Source: Candidatus Bathyarchaeota archaeon
Lineage (GTDB): Archaea; Thermoproteota; Bathyarchaeia; Bathyarchaeales; Bathycorpusculaceae
NCBI GenBank assembly: GCA_963833575.1
Contig: CAWHXY010000007.1
Location: forward strand, 32,001-96,000
Length of the DNA: 64,000 nt
Direction: 5' to 3'
Part shown: piece by piece, positions 19,902 to 30,410 of the stretch
Position numbering within the stretch: the first letter of the stretch is position 1
Layout: the number at the start of each line of letters is the position of its first letter
Made by a program: the position numbers and the translations under genes
The notes under the pieces: generated by a model
Database searches by the model: none
What the model was told of the DNA's origin: nothing
What the model saw: the letters and a program-made list of their open reading frames with translations, nothing else

Positions 19902-20831
19902 CTATAGAAGAAGAGGAAGAATCAGAAATCCTGTAATGAGTCCGCCTGCTAATCCTAGCATGATTGGGAAGGGCAAGCCTGGGAAGATTCCTTTTCGTCC
20001 AAGCATGTAGAAGGTTATGATTGAACCTGCTAAGATACCGATTATCGCTACTATAGTTGGAAATATGCTTTGTGGAATGCCAAAAATCAAGGTTTGTGGA
20101 AAGCCGAAGATCATGGCTCCTGTTAGCATGGAGTAGAATACTAAGTCTCCTAGCCCCATCTGAATGTCTTTGAATGAGAAGCTTAAACCTTGTAGTTCAT
20201 CGAGGGCTGATCCTGATCCTGATGCTGATTGGGATTGAGCGATTTTTCCTACTGGACCTCGGTAAACCGCTATTACATCGTAGATTGCCAAGAAAATTAG
20301 AATTATGACTGCGCTGTAGAGTGGAATTGAGAAGCCAAAGAAAATGCCCAAGGCGCCGCCAACGGCGACCACTGCTACGTTTCGGGGTATGCTTCCAAAG
20401 CGGAAAATGGCAAGATCAAACAACACAGTGATGATTATTGAGAGGGGTATTAGTACAAAGATGCTCCAATCAGGTAAAGATGCGAAAATTGCTGACAAAT
20501 AAACAACCGACAACAGTAAAGATGCAGTTGTCATTGCAACAATTATTAATCCTTTAATGATTTTTTTGCTTTTCCGCTTAAGAAGAATATAGAACAAGGT
20601 CGCACTAATCGCGACGAGGATTACGAAGTAGATTGCGTTGCCAAATGGTGCTCCAGGTGTGCTTTCAGGAATAGGAGTAACTGGAATAGCATTTCCCTGT
20701 TGAGGAATTAGTAAGTAAGCGCAGCCTAAACCGAAAATAATGCTTGCCAGTATCGGTACTAAATAAACAATTTGAAATCTAAACTTATCTTGCTTATTAG
20801 CTTCAGTCACAGTTTTGTCTGGTTCGGTCAA
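19902..20831 (-). CDS. Presenilin-family intramembrane aspartyl protease
   Basis: About 9 TMs, catalytic YD (LAIYDVIAV) and GLGD, PGLP motif. Start probably TTG 20831 (ORF extends to 20879). Confidence 0.9.
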   Translation of the reverse strand: MTEPDKTVTEANKQDKFRFQIVYLVPILASIIFGLGCAYLLIPQQGNAIPVTPIPESTPGAPFGNAIYFVILVAISATLFYILLKRKSKKIIKGLIIVAMTTASLLLSVVYLSAIFASLPDWSIFVLIPLSIIITVLFDLAIFRFGSIPRNVAVVAVGGALGIFFGFSIPLYSAVIILIFLAIYDVIAVYRGPVGKIAQSQSASGSGSALDELQGLSFSFKDIQMGLGDLVFYSMLTGAMIFGFPQTLIFGIPQSIFPTIVAIIGILAGSIITFYMLGRKGIFPGLPFPIMLGLAGGLITGFLILPLLL

Positions 20832-20836
20832 GTTGC

Positions 20837-21388
20837 TTACCCTAAATTGTTGATCGCTAATGAGGCTTGCAAATAACATTGGTCACACAATAAGCTTTGC
20901 TTTTTATCCGTGTCAAATATTGAGTTAGAAAAATGCATAACACAAAAAGTACTCTGACAATGTCGCAGGCCCAAGGTGTGCCCCAACTCGTGAATAGCCT
21001 CCTTAAGTGACCTCAACATAAAGACGGATATGTCTGCTTTTTCGCCGCAAAACTCAGGTCTTAGTCTCCAGAGTGAAATCAAAGCAGCTTTTCCAGGAGC
21101 GTAAGCTTCTCCAAATTCATAATTTAATCCTGAAGAAAAAATGTCCGCGTCAACCAATCCTAAAATTCGGTCGTATCTTTCGTTTTTAGTAGCAAAAACC
21201 CTGAGTTCGTTAAGTATCACGCTTGAACTGTATTGTTTCCGTTTTTTTTCAAAAGCTTTCCCAGGAACGGGCATAGCCTCGCTTATGACTGAGCAAATGG
21301 TATCAGGAAAAAGTTTAGCCAAACCCTGAGAAACCTCAAGCAGAGTCTCTGGAGCTATTTGGCCGATGGGTAAAATTCCAATCTTCAT
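20837..21388 (-). CDS. amzA: Archaemetzincin Zn metalloprotease
   Basis: HELGHTLGLRHCxxxxCVMHFSNS...CDQC. Confidence 0.93.
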   Translation of the reverse strand: MKIGILPIGQIAPETLLEVSQGLAKLFPDTICSVISEAMPVPGKAFEKKRKQYSSSVILNELRVFATKNERYDRILGLVDADIFSSGLNYEFGEAYAPGKAALISLWRLRPEFCGEKADISVFMLRSLKEAIHELGHTLGLRHCQSTFCVMHFSNSIFDTDKKQSLLCDQCYLQASLAINNLG

Positions 21389-21397
21389 AGGGTCAGC

Positions 21398-22654
21398 CTA
21401 AATTTCGTAGGTTTCTCCAGTTCTCGGAGCAACTGCTTCTAAACCAAGCTCAGTTTTCGCCCAACTCGCCAACAATTCACAGTTACCTTCTGCTCCGTGA
21501 ACACAGAAAACTTTTGGTTTCCCTCCGAGACGACGCAACCCCTCTTTGAGTTGACTTGCTCCGCAGTGGGAAGAGAAATCAAAGTGGCGATACTGCGACT
21601 TAACCTTGCGCACTTTTCCATCAATCAAAGTGACACCTTTATCCATTAGCTGTTTGCCAGGAGTTCCAGGAATCTGATAGCTGACAAGAAAAATCGCGTT
21701 AGTCGCCTTCTTTGCGATTTTGGAAACATAGAATTGCGATGGACCGCCCTTCAGCATGCCTGCGGGTGAAATAACTAAGCCTGGATCTTTTGCTGCTCTT
21801 CTTCTGTCTCGCCAGCCATCAACCCAGTCGAGTGAGTTCATGGCATTCGTAAAAAGCCTTGGATCCCTTAGGAATTCTTTGTAATTCATCATTATTCTGC
21901 TAGCTTCGCGAGCCATACCATCCAAAACTATGGGGTATTCAAAATGGTTTGCTGCCAAAACACAAGCAATTTCTTGTGCACGTCCAACACCGAACGCTGG
22001 CACTAAAACAGTTCCGCCTCGTTCAACGACTTCAGTTGCTGCTTCAACAAAACTTTTTTCAAGTTCAGGCCGCAAAGTATGATCCTCGCTTGCATAAGTG
22101 CTCTCAGTGATAACGGCGTCGAAATCGCCGTAATCCATTGTTGCTCCTTTCAACATTTTGCTGTCCTCCATGTTGTAGTCGCCAGTGAAAAGAATCTTTT
22201 TACCATCTGCCTCAACTTGCACCTGAGCGCTTCCAGGTGTGTGACCCGCATCAAAAAGTTTAATCTTCATGTCGCCGACGGTTTCTTCAACACCAAAATC
22301 TATGTGCTTACTGTTATGCATCATGCTGTTAAGTTCAAGATATTCAAAAGGCAAGAAATAACTTGACAAATGAATAAAATCTGAAATCAGAACTTGAGTT
22401 AATTCCAAATTTAACTTGTTTGTGATTAATAGTTTTTTATCATTTATGTAGAAGATTGGTATTGCTCCGGAATGATCAAGGTGGCTATGAGTTAAAATCA
22501 CAGCATCCAATTCTTTTGGTGGAATATGCATCGGAAAACCTGGTTCACGATCAAGCATAACACCATAATCTAACACAACTTTAGTTTTTTCTGATTTAAC
22601 AGTTATACCAATTCTGCCAACTTCTCTAGCTCCACCTAAAAATCCAATTTGCAA
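21398..22654 (-). CDS. Beta-CASP MBL-fold ribonuclease (aCPSF2-like)
   Basis: LGGAREVGR, THSHLDHSG, AGHTPGSA, TESTY, FSSH, VHG. Confidence 0.9.
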   Translation of the reverse strand: MQIGFLGGAREVGRIGITVKSEKTKVVLDYGVMLDREPGFPMHIPPKELDAVILTHSHLDHSGAIPIFYINDKKLLITNKLNLELTQVLISDFIHLSSYFLPFEYLELNSMMHNSKHIDFGVEETVGDMKIKLFDAGHTPGSAQVQVEADGKKILFTGDYNMEDSKMLKGATMDYGDFDAVITESTYASEDHTLRPELEKSFVEAATEVVERGGTVLVPAFGVGRAQEIACVLAANHFEYPIVLDGMAREASRIMMNYKEFLRDPRLFTNAMNSLDWVDGWRDRRRAAKDPGLVISPAGMLKGGPSQFYVSKIAKKATNAIFLVSYQIPGTPGKQLMDKGVTLIDGKVRKVKSQYRHFDFSSHCGASQLKEGLRRLGGKPKVFCVHGAEGNCELLASWAKTELGLEAVAPRTGETYEI

Positions 22655-22707
22655 TTAGACCAATCCTTGTTATCAACAGTTAACGAATAAAAATTAACTA
22701 TGCTATT

Positions 22708-23313
22708 TTAAAAATGTATTGACCCTCTTCCAGACTGCGCAGATACAAAACCCTTCTTAATCGCCTTCAAAATCGAATCAATTTCCAAAGAGGCGTCGAT
22801 CTGATTGTAAACGCTAAACAATTCAGACATCTGATGTGCGTCACTTCCAGCTGTACCTGGCAAACCCATACTTTTAGCTAGCTCTTTAGCTTGACTATTT
22901 GCAGATGCTGAAGACCCACCGTTCTGTACCTCTATGGCGTCAATCTTGTAATTTCTTGCTAAGTCGCCCATTCCATATTCGCGGTAAGGGTGTGCAACGA
23001 CAGAGACTGCATCTATACTTTTTGCGTAATCAACCATAGCTTCAGGAGTCCAGGGACGCGGCGGCAATTCGTCCGTACCTATAATCACCATGTCACCCTG
23101 AGGCGTGCTAATCTCAACTCCAGGAATAATCAGGACATCGGGGTAAGCCGAAGCCAACTCAACAGTCGCCCTACAGCCTCGCACGCTATCGTGGTCGGTC
23201 ACAGCAGCAACTTTAATGAAACTATGAGCGACAAGCTGATCTACAAGAGTTTTTGGTTGAAGCGCAGAATCATGAGAATAAACAGTATGAATATGTAAGT
23301 CGGCTTGAATCAA
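22708..23313 (-). CDS. PHP domain phosphoesterase
   Basis: DLHIHT, TDHD, GVEIST, AHPY, GSDAH. Confidence 0.9.
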   Translation of the reverse strand: MIQADLHIHTVYSHDSALQPKTLVDQLVAHSFIKVAAVTDHDSVRGCRATVELASAYPDVLIIPGVEISTPQGDMVIIGTDELPPRPWTPEAMVDYAKSIDAVSVVAHPYREYGMGDLARNYKIDAIEVQNGGSSASANSQAKELAKSMGLPGTAGSDAHQMSELFSVYNQIDASLEIDSILKAIKKGFVSAQSGRGSIHF

Positions 23314-23315
23314 GG

Positions 23316-24941
23316 TTATTCACCGAGCTGTTTCAGAAAAATGTTCTTTAAACGCTCTAAAATCTCTTTGGTTCCTTTCACATTAGCATCAACACAATTA
23401 AACGCTAAACCACTTGTTCTACAGGAGGACCTGCAAGTTTTTTCAATTATTTCCTGCCAAAGGTTTGCATCATTTAGCAAAACTACACCTTCGTAATTCG
23501 TGCGTTTGATGTATTCTTGAATTTGGTTTGCCACATAATTCATAGTTTCAAAGTCAAGAGGCAAAGCCATTTCATGTTGGCTGAGCGGATAAACTTCGTC
23601 AAGCTCCAATGGAACAATGCCGAATGGAGCAGAATAAACGCATATGTGGATTTCTGAGGCAAGCTCTTTGCCTAAATTGCGGAGGAGCTGGCGGATTTTT
23701 TTGAATTCAGGTGCTTTATGGAATGGTTTATTTCTTGTTTGGGGTACAAGAAAAAGAACTTTAGCGTTTATGGGGGGGTTATATCGTTCGCGTAAGCGTT
23801 TTTGGTAGTGAGTGATTTCGGGGCGTGCAAGTCCCACAGAGTCGAAATAGAAGAACCCGCTGCACTTCACCGTTGGACTGTACTTTTCTAAGAAATCGGC
23901 GTGGTTTCGAAGTTTTTTGAGAGCAGAGAGCAATGCTGGGTGCCCATGAACCCGCATCTCTGTATGTTCCCACAGCCTGCCGTCTCGTATAGCCTGTTTA
24001 ATTCGCCGCATCTCAGCAGCACAGACGTAAAGATTATGTTCAGCTAAGAAAACCTCTTGTTCCTTCTTTGTTTTCTTCTCAAGTCCTCTTGGTGTTTCAG
24101 ATGCACATCGGGAGCACGAGCATGGGAAATAATCCATTTCTCCAAGCCGCCATGTTCCATTTTCAGTCATGTAACGGCCTTCCCGAGCATACAAAACATA
24201 AGCTGCTGAATCGAAAAGGTCACAGCCAAGCGCAACTGCCAGTGAAAACATAGCTGGGTGCCCAGCACCAAACAGATGCAATGGACGCTCAATCGGTAAA
24301 CCTTTTTTCGCGGTCAAGATCATGTCGGCTAAAACATCGTAGCGGTAGCTTTCCATAACTTCAGTTGGGCTTCCAAGCGCATGGATTTGGAAAGGCAGTT
24401 TTCCCATTTCAACAGCCGAACTGGCCACAAGGTCTAAGTGCCTTCCCCCCTGTACTGGACCAACCCATAAAATATCGTCACGTGTTTTAGTTTTAAAGAA
24501 ATCTTTAGCCCTTCGCAAAGTTTCAGCCACAGTTTCTTGCGCTTGTTCTTTAGTTACTTTCCAACCTGTAGGAATGTCAAGCATAGTGGCGACGTCGCTT
24601 CCGATGTTTTCTTGGTAAGCAACGATTTCTTTTTGGCTGACTTCAACTCCGCCGTAAACAAGGATTTGGTAGGCTCCTGAATCAGTCATTATTGCGCCTT
24701 CAAAATCAAGAAATTTATGTAAACCTTCTTCTGCAAGTTTATCTCCAAAACGTTTCTTGAGTATGTACGCGTTAGTTATGACTGCTTCAAAACCAAATGT
24801 TTCTTTCAGCTGTTTAGGTGTAACAAGCTGGATGCTGGGGTTAATTACTGGGTATAAGAGAGGGGTTTCCACTGTTCCACTTTTGGTTTTTAATTTTCCT
24901 ACTCTACCAAGCAAGTCTTTTTCTTTAATTTCGAAACTCAA
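23316..24941 (-). CDS. tgtA: tRNA-guanine(15) transglycosylase (archaeosine)
   Basis: TDSGAYQ, LDIPT, PVQGG, HLFGAGHP, DLFDSAAY, CSCSRC Zn site, HNL. Confidence 0.95.
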   Translation of the reverse strand: MSFEIKEKDLLGRVGKLKTKSGTVETPLLYPVINPSIQLVTPKQLKETFGFEAVITNAYILKKRFGDKLAEEGLHKFLDFEGAIMTDSGAYQILVYGGVEVSQKEIVAYQENIGSDVATMLDIPTGWKVTKEQAQETVAETLRRAKDFFKTKTRDDILWVGPVQGGRHLDLVASSAVEMGKLPFQIHALGSPTEVMESYRYDVLADMILTAKKGLPIERPLHLFGAGHPAMFSLAVALGCDLFDSAAYVLYAREGRYMTENGTWRLGEMDYFPCSCSRCASETPRGLEKKTKKEQEVFLAEHNLYVCAAEMRRIKQAIRDGRLWEHTEMRVHGHPALLSALKKLRNHADFLEKYSPTVKCSGFFYFDSVGLARPEITHYQKRLRERYNPPINAKVLFLVPQTRNKPFHKAPEFKKIRQLLRNLGKELASEIHICVYSAPFGIVPLELDEVYPLSQHEMALPLDFETMNYVANQIQEYIKRTNYEGVVLLNDANLWQEIIEKTCRSSCRTSGLAFNCVDANVKGTKEILERLKNIFLKQLGE

Positions 24942-25138
24942 AGCTGAAGCCTAAACAAGATGGTCTACTCGGTTATAAAAAACACTAGCCTGGGATACTG
25001 TTAAGTTACATATGATGTCATGGTGGATAGTAATTGTGTTGTACAACTTGTTGTAGTGGTATTTCAAGCACAAAGGTTTAAAAAGCAATTATTATCACTG
25101 TTTATGTTGAACGAAATAAAGAGGGTGTGTGTGGTTGT

Positions 25139-25252
25139 ATGAGCAAAATTACTAGTGTTGTTTCTAAATGGATATATCACATTACTACTCAACAGCTAGA
25201 CCGTGTTGTTAATAAAAATAAGCAAGTTTTTGACGAACTAGCTAAACAATAA
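25139..25252 (+). CDS. Putative Phd-like mini antitoxin (37 aa)
   Basis: Below the ORF-track cutoff: MSKITSVVSKWIYHITTQQLDRVVNKNKQVFDELAKQ, RBS GAGGGTG, 27 bp upstream of the Doc-like gene. Confidence 0.55.
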   Translation: MSKITSVVSKWIYHITTQQLDRVVNKNKQVFDELAKQ

Positions 25253-25279
25253 AATACTAAATAAAACTATTATTTTTCT

Positions 25280-25855
25280 ATGGTTATAGCTATAAACGAA
25301 AGAATAGTTGTCATTGTGCATAATTATGTTGTCCGGAAACTAGTTGCTGTTGATGGTGTGTTATTTCCAGCAACAATTTCTGGACCTATTAACAGAATAT
25401 TCTCCAAAACATATGGAGAAAAATACGTAGGTGCAAAAGAAAAAGCTGGGGCAATTCTATATTCTATTGTACACGGGCATTCTTTTGCGGATGGAAATAA
25501 AAGAACTGGGCTTCTAACAACATGTCTTTTCTTGGTATACAACGGTTATGCTCTACATGTACCGCCTGACACAGCAAGATTTTTGGAAAAAATGGCTGAT
25601 GCTTTAGACCCCACCGCACCATTAGAAATTGATGCAATAAATTGGATTAAGAAAAACACGAAAATGGACTTTGGAAGCATAACCATTAATTTGTTGCTGA
25701 TTCTTTTTTGCAAAGCTCAAGGTATAGGTCTTATTGAAGCAGTAACTCCAGGTATGCTTGAAAATTCGATACCTTATATAAACAAAGAAGAACTCACGGA
25801 CACAGCTTTAAAGAAAGCACACATGAACCAAGAAAGTATATGTGAAAAAACTTAA
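25280..25855 (+). CDS. doc: Fic/Doc family toxin
   Basis: Doc-type motif HSFADGNKRTG, preceded by EKAGAILYSI. Confidence 0.85.
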   Translation: MVIAINERIVVIVHNYVVRKLVAVDGVLFPATISGPINRIFSKTYGEKYVGAKEKAGAILYSIVHGHSFADGNKRTGLLTTCLFLVYNGYALHVPPDTARFLEKMADALDPTAPLEIDAINWIKKNTKMDFGSITINLLLILFCKAQGIGLIEAVTPGMLENSIPYINKEELTDTALKKAHMNQESICEKT

Positions 25856-26084
25856 AGTGATCATTATTTGATTCTAATCTTATCTTTGATCCTTGCTTCA
25901 TATTCTCTCTTCTGTGATGATGCCCATTTCAGCATTAAAGTTGACAAAGAAAGAAATGTTGTTTGGCCGGAAAATAACTTGGATATAATAACTTGAACAT
26001 AAAAAAACCTCATTTCTTTTTTTGAGATATTGGGTAACTTAATAGTATATATCCTGGAAAAACTATGAAGCCAAGCAATTGGAA

Positions 26085-27532
26085 CTAACTTTCGTTAACC
26101 GTGTTTTTTGGTTTACGCCGTCGCCGTTTGCTTGTTGATTTAAGTTTTTCATTTCTTCTAAATTTTATGTTAATTAATGCAATTATTGTCACTGCTAACG
26201 CAATAGATAGAACAATAACCAGCATGTTGTCAATATCTGTAATGTTGAATTGCCCCACTATAGATAAGGGGGTTCCTTGTGGTTTTTGTGGGCTCTGGGT
26301 AGGAGTTGACAGTGGAGTGGAATATGGAATAGGTGTTGGCGTTTGTGTAAAATAGGGGGTTGGTGTACCTATCGGGTTGTAAGGGGTGGGCGTTGGACTC
26401 GTGGAGGACGTTGGTGGCGGGGTTGGAACCACAATAGCGCCTGGAACAGATGGTGCATTGGGGTTTGATCGTGTTAGAAATGGAACGAAGTCTAAAGTAC
26501 CTAAGTTTGACGAGTTTTTGAAATCCCAAATTGTTTGGTTAATAGCTGCCACATCATTGGTTCCCCACCAGTTGTTAACCGCGTTAACGTCGGTTGCATT
26601 TTCTGTTAGATGAATATTTTGAGTATTATCCAAGATGCTATTTTGGGTGATTATCGATAGTGCGGTTGGTCCCCAAATGCCATAGTTGTTGTTTACAATA
26701 GTGTTGGCTTGGATGTTTCCATCTCCTCCGATTCCGCATATGTTATTGGCGATTGCATTGCTTTGGATTGTTGAGGCGGAACTGTTGCTGCGTATTCCGT
26801 CGTTGGCATTGTTCATTATTATGTTTTGTTCAATTGTTGTCTGTGTTAATGCATAAACGCCTGAAAAACAATTAATGATTGTATTGTTAGTTATAGTAGC
26901 GGTTCCTTGATTGTAGATTCCGTAATCTTGATCTTGACCTTTGATCACATTATTTATAATATAGGCTTGCCCCACGCTAACCGTAATACCGTTACAGGAT
27001 TGAAAATCTAAGACATTGTTTGATATTCCACAAGAACCTCCGTTGATAGTAATGGGTGTGGCAGATGCTGAGACAAAATAACTGTTACTTACTTGTGTGT
27101 AACCACCTTCAACAGTTATAGGAACCGAATTAATCGTGGCATTATCAATTATAGACCCAGTACTGCTAGGGGCAAAATCAATTCCCACAGTAGAATAGCC
27201 ATTGTTTGTAATTACTATTTGGTTATTGCTTGCACCTTGCGCTTTTAAAGTGCCAGCTATCGTTAGCTGGTACGCGTTAACATTAACTGTCACCCCAGGC
27301 TGAATCGTTAAAGTTGCACCACTAATTACAACTGTATCGGCCGAAAGTGAGTAAGTACTTCCTGTTGCCCAAGTTGATTGCCTATTGTTCCGCTGACATA
27401 AATAACTGCATGAACGTTTTCAACAAGCAGAAGCCCTCCAACCATAACTGCAATTATCAGAATTATGCATGCAAGCTTCCGCAAGTTCACACCCATCATA
27501 CAAGTTCTTGATTTAAAATTTAAGTTTTTCAT
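26085..27532 (-). pseudogene. Frameshifted secreted right-handed beta-helix surface protein with P/T linker and C-terminal TM
   Basis: The signal-peptide ORF (27326-27532) joins by a one-base shift near 27380 to QSTWATGSTYSLSADTVVISGATLTIQPGVTVN and on into ORF 26085-27293 (Asn-rich beta-helix, NNWWGT). Confidence 0.7.
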
Positions 27533-27756
27533 GCTTTCCTTTGATTTTTAGTTAATGCTTCAGGTTGATCTGGCTAAACGGTGATACTTTGTTTAACAAC
27601 ACCTAAACATCGCATTGAGAGGAACAACAACTGCCTCTTTAAAAACGAACGTTTTGCAAGATATTGGTTAGATTTGACGCGATGAATCTACCTAACAAAT
27701 AGTCAATAGGTACTGACAAGTAAGGCTTAAAAAGTAATAAAAGAATAAGCACATTT

Positions 27757-28488
27757 ATGGCGGTTGACAATAATAAAGACCTCTCTAAGTATTGGGAAAA
27801 GACTGTTAAAGACGTGGAAACGGCACCTAAGTACAATTTCTTAGAGCTCCAACGTGAGCTTTATCATACGTGTAAACTGCAAGGATATGCCACCTCAGAA
27901 ATACAAGCATTTAGCTCTAAATGTTTTGAATTGGCACCAAATATTAACGAGGAAGAAAACAAGGCATTACTTAACAAAATTGGTCAGAAAATTTGGTTTA
28001 ATCTTTTAAACTCGTTAGAGGTAGTTGAGTTTCTTGATTCAACCAAGCTTACACCGAAGCAAAAGTCGCTTATCAGCCTCTATGTCTACCTGAACATGGT
28101 TGAAGGAGCCAGTTCTGTCTATGTTCAATTTATTGCTTTGATGCTTATTAAGAATGGAAGCAAACTATATGACCATTATAATAAGCGGATTGCCCAAACC
28201 TATGAAGACTTAGAGCGAATCAATTTAAGCTCAAAACTCAAGTTTTTGGTTGAAAATGGCTTAGGTTTTGCCGTTAAGCAAATTGATAGAAATCTCCGTA
28301 ATTGTATTGCACACCAAGATTTTATTATTTTCAATGATGGATCCGTTAAGAACCTAAAGACAGGAGAACCCATTGATATAGAAACAAAATTGCACTCTCT
28401 TTGTCTAACCAGTTCTTTAACTTCACTGGTGTTGAAGCAAACGTTCGATATTATATCACCAAGTACTGACAAGTCTCTTACTGCATAG
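27757..28488 (+). CDS. Hypothetical protein with HEPN-like RxxxxH motif
   Basis: Helical-looking 243-aa protein with LRNCIAH in the C-terminal half; accessory region. Confidence 0.55.
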   Translation: MAVDNNKDLSKYWEKTVKDVETAPKYNFLELQRELYHTCKLQGYATSEIQAFSSKCFELAPNINEEENKALLNKIGQKIWFNLLNSLEVVEFLDSTKLTPKQKSLISLYVYLNMVEGASSVYVQFIALMLIKNGSKLYDHYNKRIAQTYEDLERINLSSKLKFLVENGLGFAVKQIDRNLRNCIAHQDFIIFNDGSVKNLKTGEPIDIETKLHSLCLTSSLTSLVLKQTFDIISPSTDKSLTA

Positions 28489-28811
28489 TCAGCTATGTTA
28501 ATTTCTTTAAGGGTGACATCTTTAGATTACCTGCGTTCCTAACTTTATCCATCTCAGTACAGGGTTGAACTTCTCCTTCTGGAGATTTTGGCACGGAATG
28601 TATTGAAACGCCTCCTCCCATGAAGATAACACCCGCATTCCCGATTTTTTCTGGAAACTACGAGTTAGTCTCCGGAAATAGATGTTTGGAATGAATAAAT
28701 ACAGCTTGCGAAGCCTTTCCCAACCAATTTCAGAAAGACTTGGACTGCCTTTTCCTTACTTTCCAAATTCTTAATACATTAACTAACTTCTAACTAAACT
28801 GGGAAGCAATA

Positions 28812-29675
28812 ATGGATAATTTGACGGAAGAAAAAGCAAAAGCATATGACAAATACGGGATAACGAAGGCTGAGATAGAAAAAGCCCTTGTCTTATTGAA
28901 AGATTTTAGAAGAAAATTTCCTTTTGCTGAGAATCCAGACTCAATCGATTCGTTGAAGCCTGATGACATTTTTAAAATTAATCCAGACGAGTTAGGAGAT
29001 TTCTTCCGTTATGTAGAGTTCTATCTCAGACCACTTGGGCATCTTACAATTCATGGCTCGACTGCATATCGGAATATTAGAATGCAAATTGAAGATTTCA
29101 AAGAACTGCTACACATAACAGTAGATAAGAAAAAATCGCTTGCTGAAAAAGTGGATGCTCATTGGGAAAAGATAAGCCGATTGGGACAAGACAAACAGAT
29201 TGCTAAAAAAATAATTTTTTGTTTCAATTATGAAAGCGGAGAAATTCTGCCGATTTTTAGTACTGCACATTTAAGGTATTTCGTTAAAAAAATTGTGGAT
29301 AAACCAAGCAATCCCAATAAGTATTATTCGCTCGGAGAAGAATATGCGTATTTAATATCTGAACTGTTGAGAGCCAAGGAAAACTCGACAATAACTAAAC
29401 CGTGGGAAATAAGTTATTTTTCCCGATTTTTATATAATGCTTACCCACCACCCGATCAAGATGAAGGTTCAACGAGCACGACCGAAAATGGTAAACCTCG
29501 AAATGTGGTGACCAAAGAAATGTTGTCGATGGGGGAATTCGCTAGATTACTTCAAGAGTTGCAAGCAAGAGGAAAGATTAGTGGTGAACAATTCAGGGAT
29601 TATCGCGCTCAATGGACAAGGCAACCAAACGATAGAGAAAGACTAATTCAACGACTAAGAGAACTCAATGTATGA
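28812..29675 (+). CDS. Hypothetical protein (possible restriction-associated DNA-recognition domain; SHOCT-like C-terminus)
   Basis: 287-aa ORF; KISRLG...IAKKIIF...PIFSTAHL; ends LQELQARGKISGEQF. Confidence 0.55.
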   Translation: MDNLTEEKAKAYDKYGITKAEIEKALVLLKDFRRKFPFAENPDSIDSLKPDDIFKINPDELGDFFRYVEFYLRPLGHLTIHGSTAYRNIRMQIEDFKELLHITVDKKKSLAEKVDAHWEKISRLGQDKQIAKKIIFCFNYESGEILPIFSTAHLRYFVKKIVDKPSNPNKYYSLGEEYAYLISELLRAKENSTITKPWEISYFSRFLYNAYPPPDQDEGSTSTTENGKPRNVVTKEMLSMGEFARLLQELQARGKISGEQFRDYRAQWTRQPNDRERLIQRLRELNV

Positions 29676-29699
29676 AAATTCTGAAGATAAGGGTTTTCC

Positions 29700-29828
29700 A
29701 TGAAATGTAAGAATTGTGGCCATCTCATTTTGTTTGATAATGAAGTTGGGAAGAAGGATATCGTTTACAAACATAAACAATCTAACCATTCCATGTATTG
29801 TCCATGTAGGAAGCCTGAACCAACTTAG
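29700..29828 (+). CDS. Small Zn-ribbon protein (42 aa)
   Basis: MKCKNCGH...HSMYCPCRKPEPT; below the ORF-track cutoff. Confidence 0.45.
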   Translation: MKCKNCGHLILFDNEVGKKDIVYKHKQSNHSMYCPCRKPEPT

Positions 29829-29923
29829 TCTTGTTTTCTTTTTGAAAATTCGAGTTTAGTCTGTTAAAGCATCAACTATTAACTAAGTAAGTATGCAGAG
29901 AAAGACGTTTACTAATGATTTCA

Positions 29924-30244
29924 TTACGTTTTCTTTTCAGAAGTACTTTCATTAACCTCTATTTTGTAAGTTCCCGGAAACTTTCGTGGTGCAGCACTTA
30001 CTTTTTCTTCGATTTCAGGTTGGCAATCCCTGCAAAGCGGTTTATCGAAATTCCTAGGTGAAAATTTGAACTCTCCATAAGTTATTGCTTGTTTGCACTC
30101 GTTACAGAAGTATTGCTTTTCTGGTACGGCTGTTTTTTGGTGTTCAATACAAAGAGCTTTACTAAAGCGGTTCATTGAATATTGTTGAACTTGTTCACTT
30201 ATGACTTCTTTGCAAATGCTGCAATAGTGGCCCATAGATGTCAA
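29924..30244 (-). CDS. Double Zn-finger protein
   Basis: Two repeats: CSIC...FSKALCIEHQ and CNEC...FDKPLCRDCQ. Confidence 0.7.
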   Translation of the reverse strand: MTSMGHYCSICKEVISEQVQQYSMNRFSKALCIEHQKTAVPEKQYFCNECKQAITYGEFKFSPRNFDKPLCRDCQPEIEEKVSAAPRKFPGTYKIEVNESTSEKKT

Positions 30245-30410
30245 GCATTCACGTAAGTATTTTAGCTTTAGGTCGTCAACCTATGAGCTTGTTTTTTTCC
30301 CATCTTGAGAATTAATAAAAATCATTGCATTCACTGAAATATTAACTTCCTCTAAAATGAGGCATGCTTATATCATCATAGTTTGTCTAATATCGAAGAG
30401 AGATGTAACC

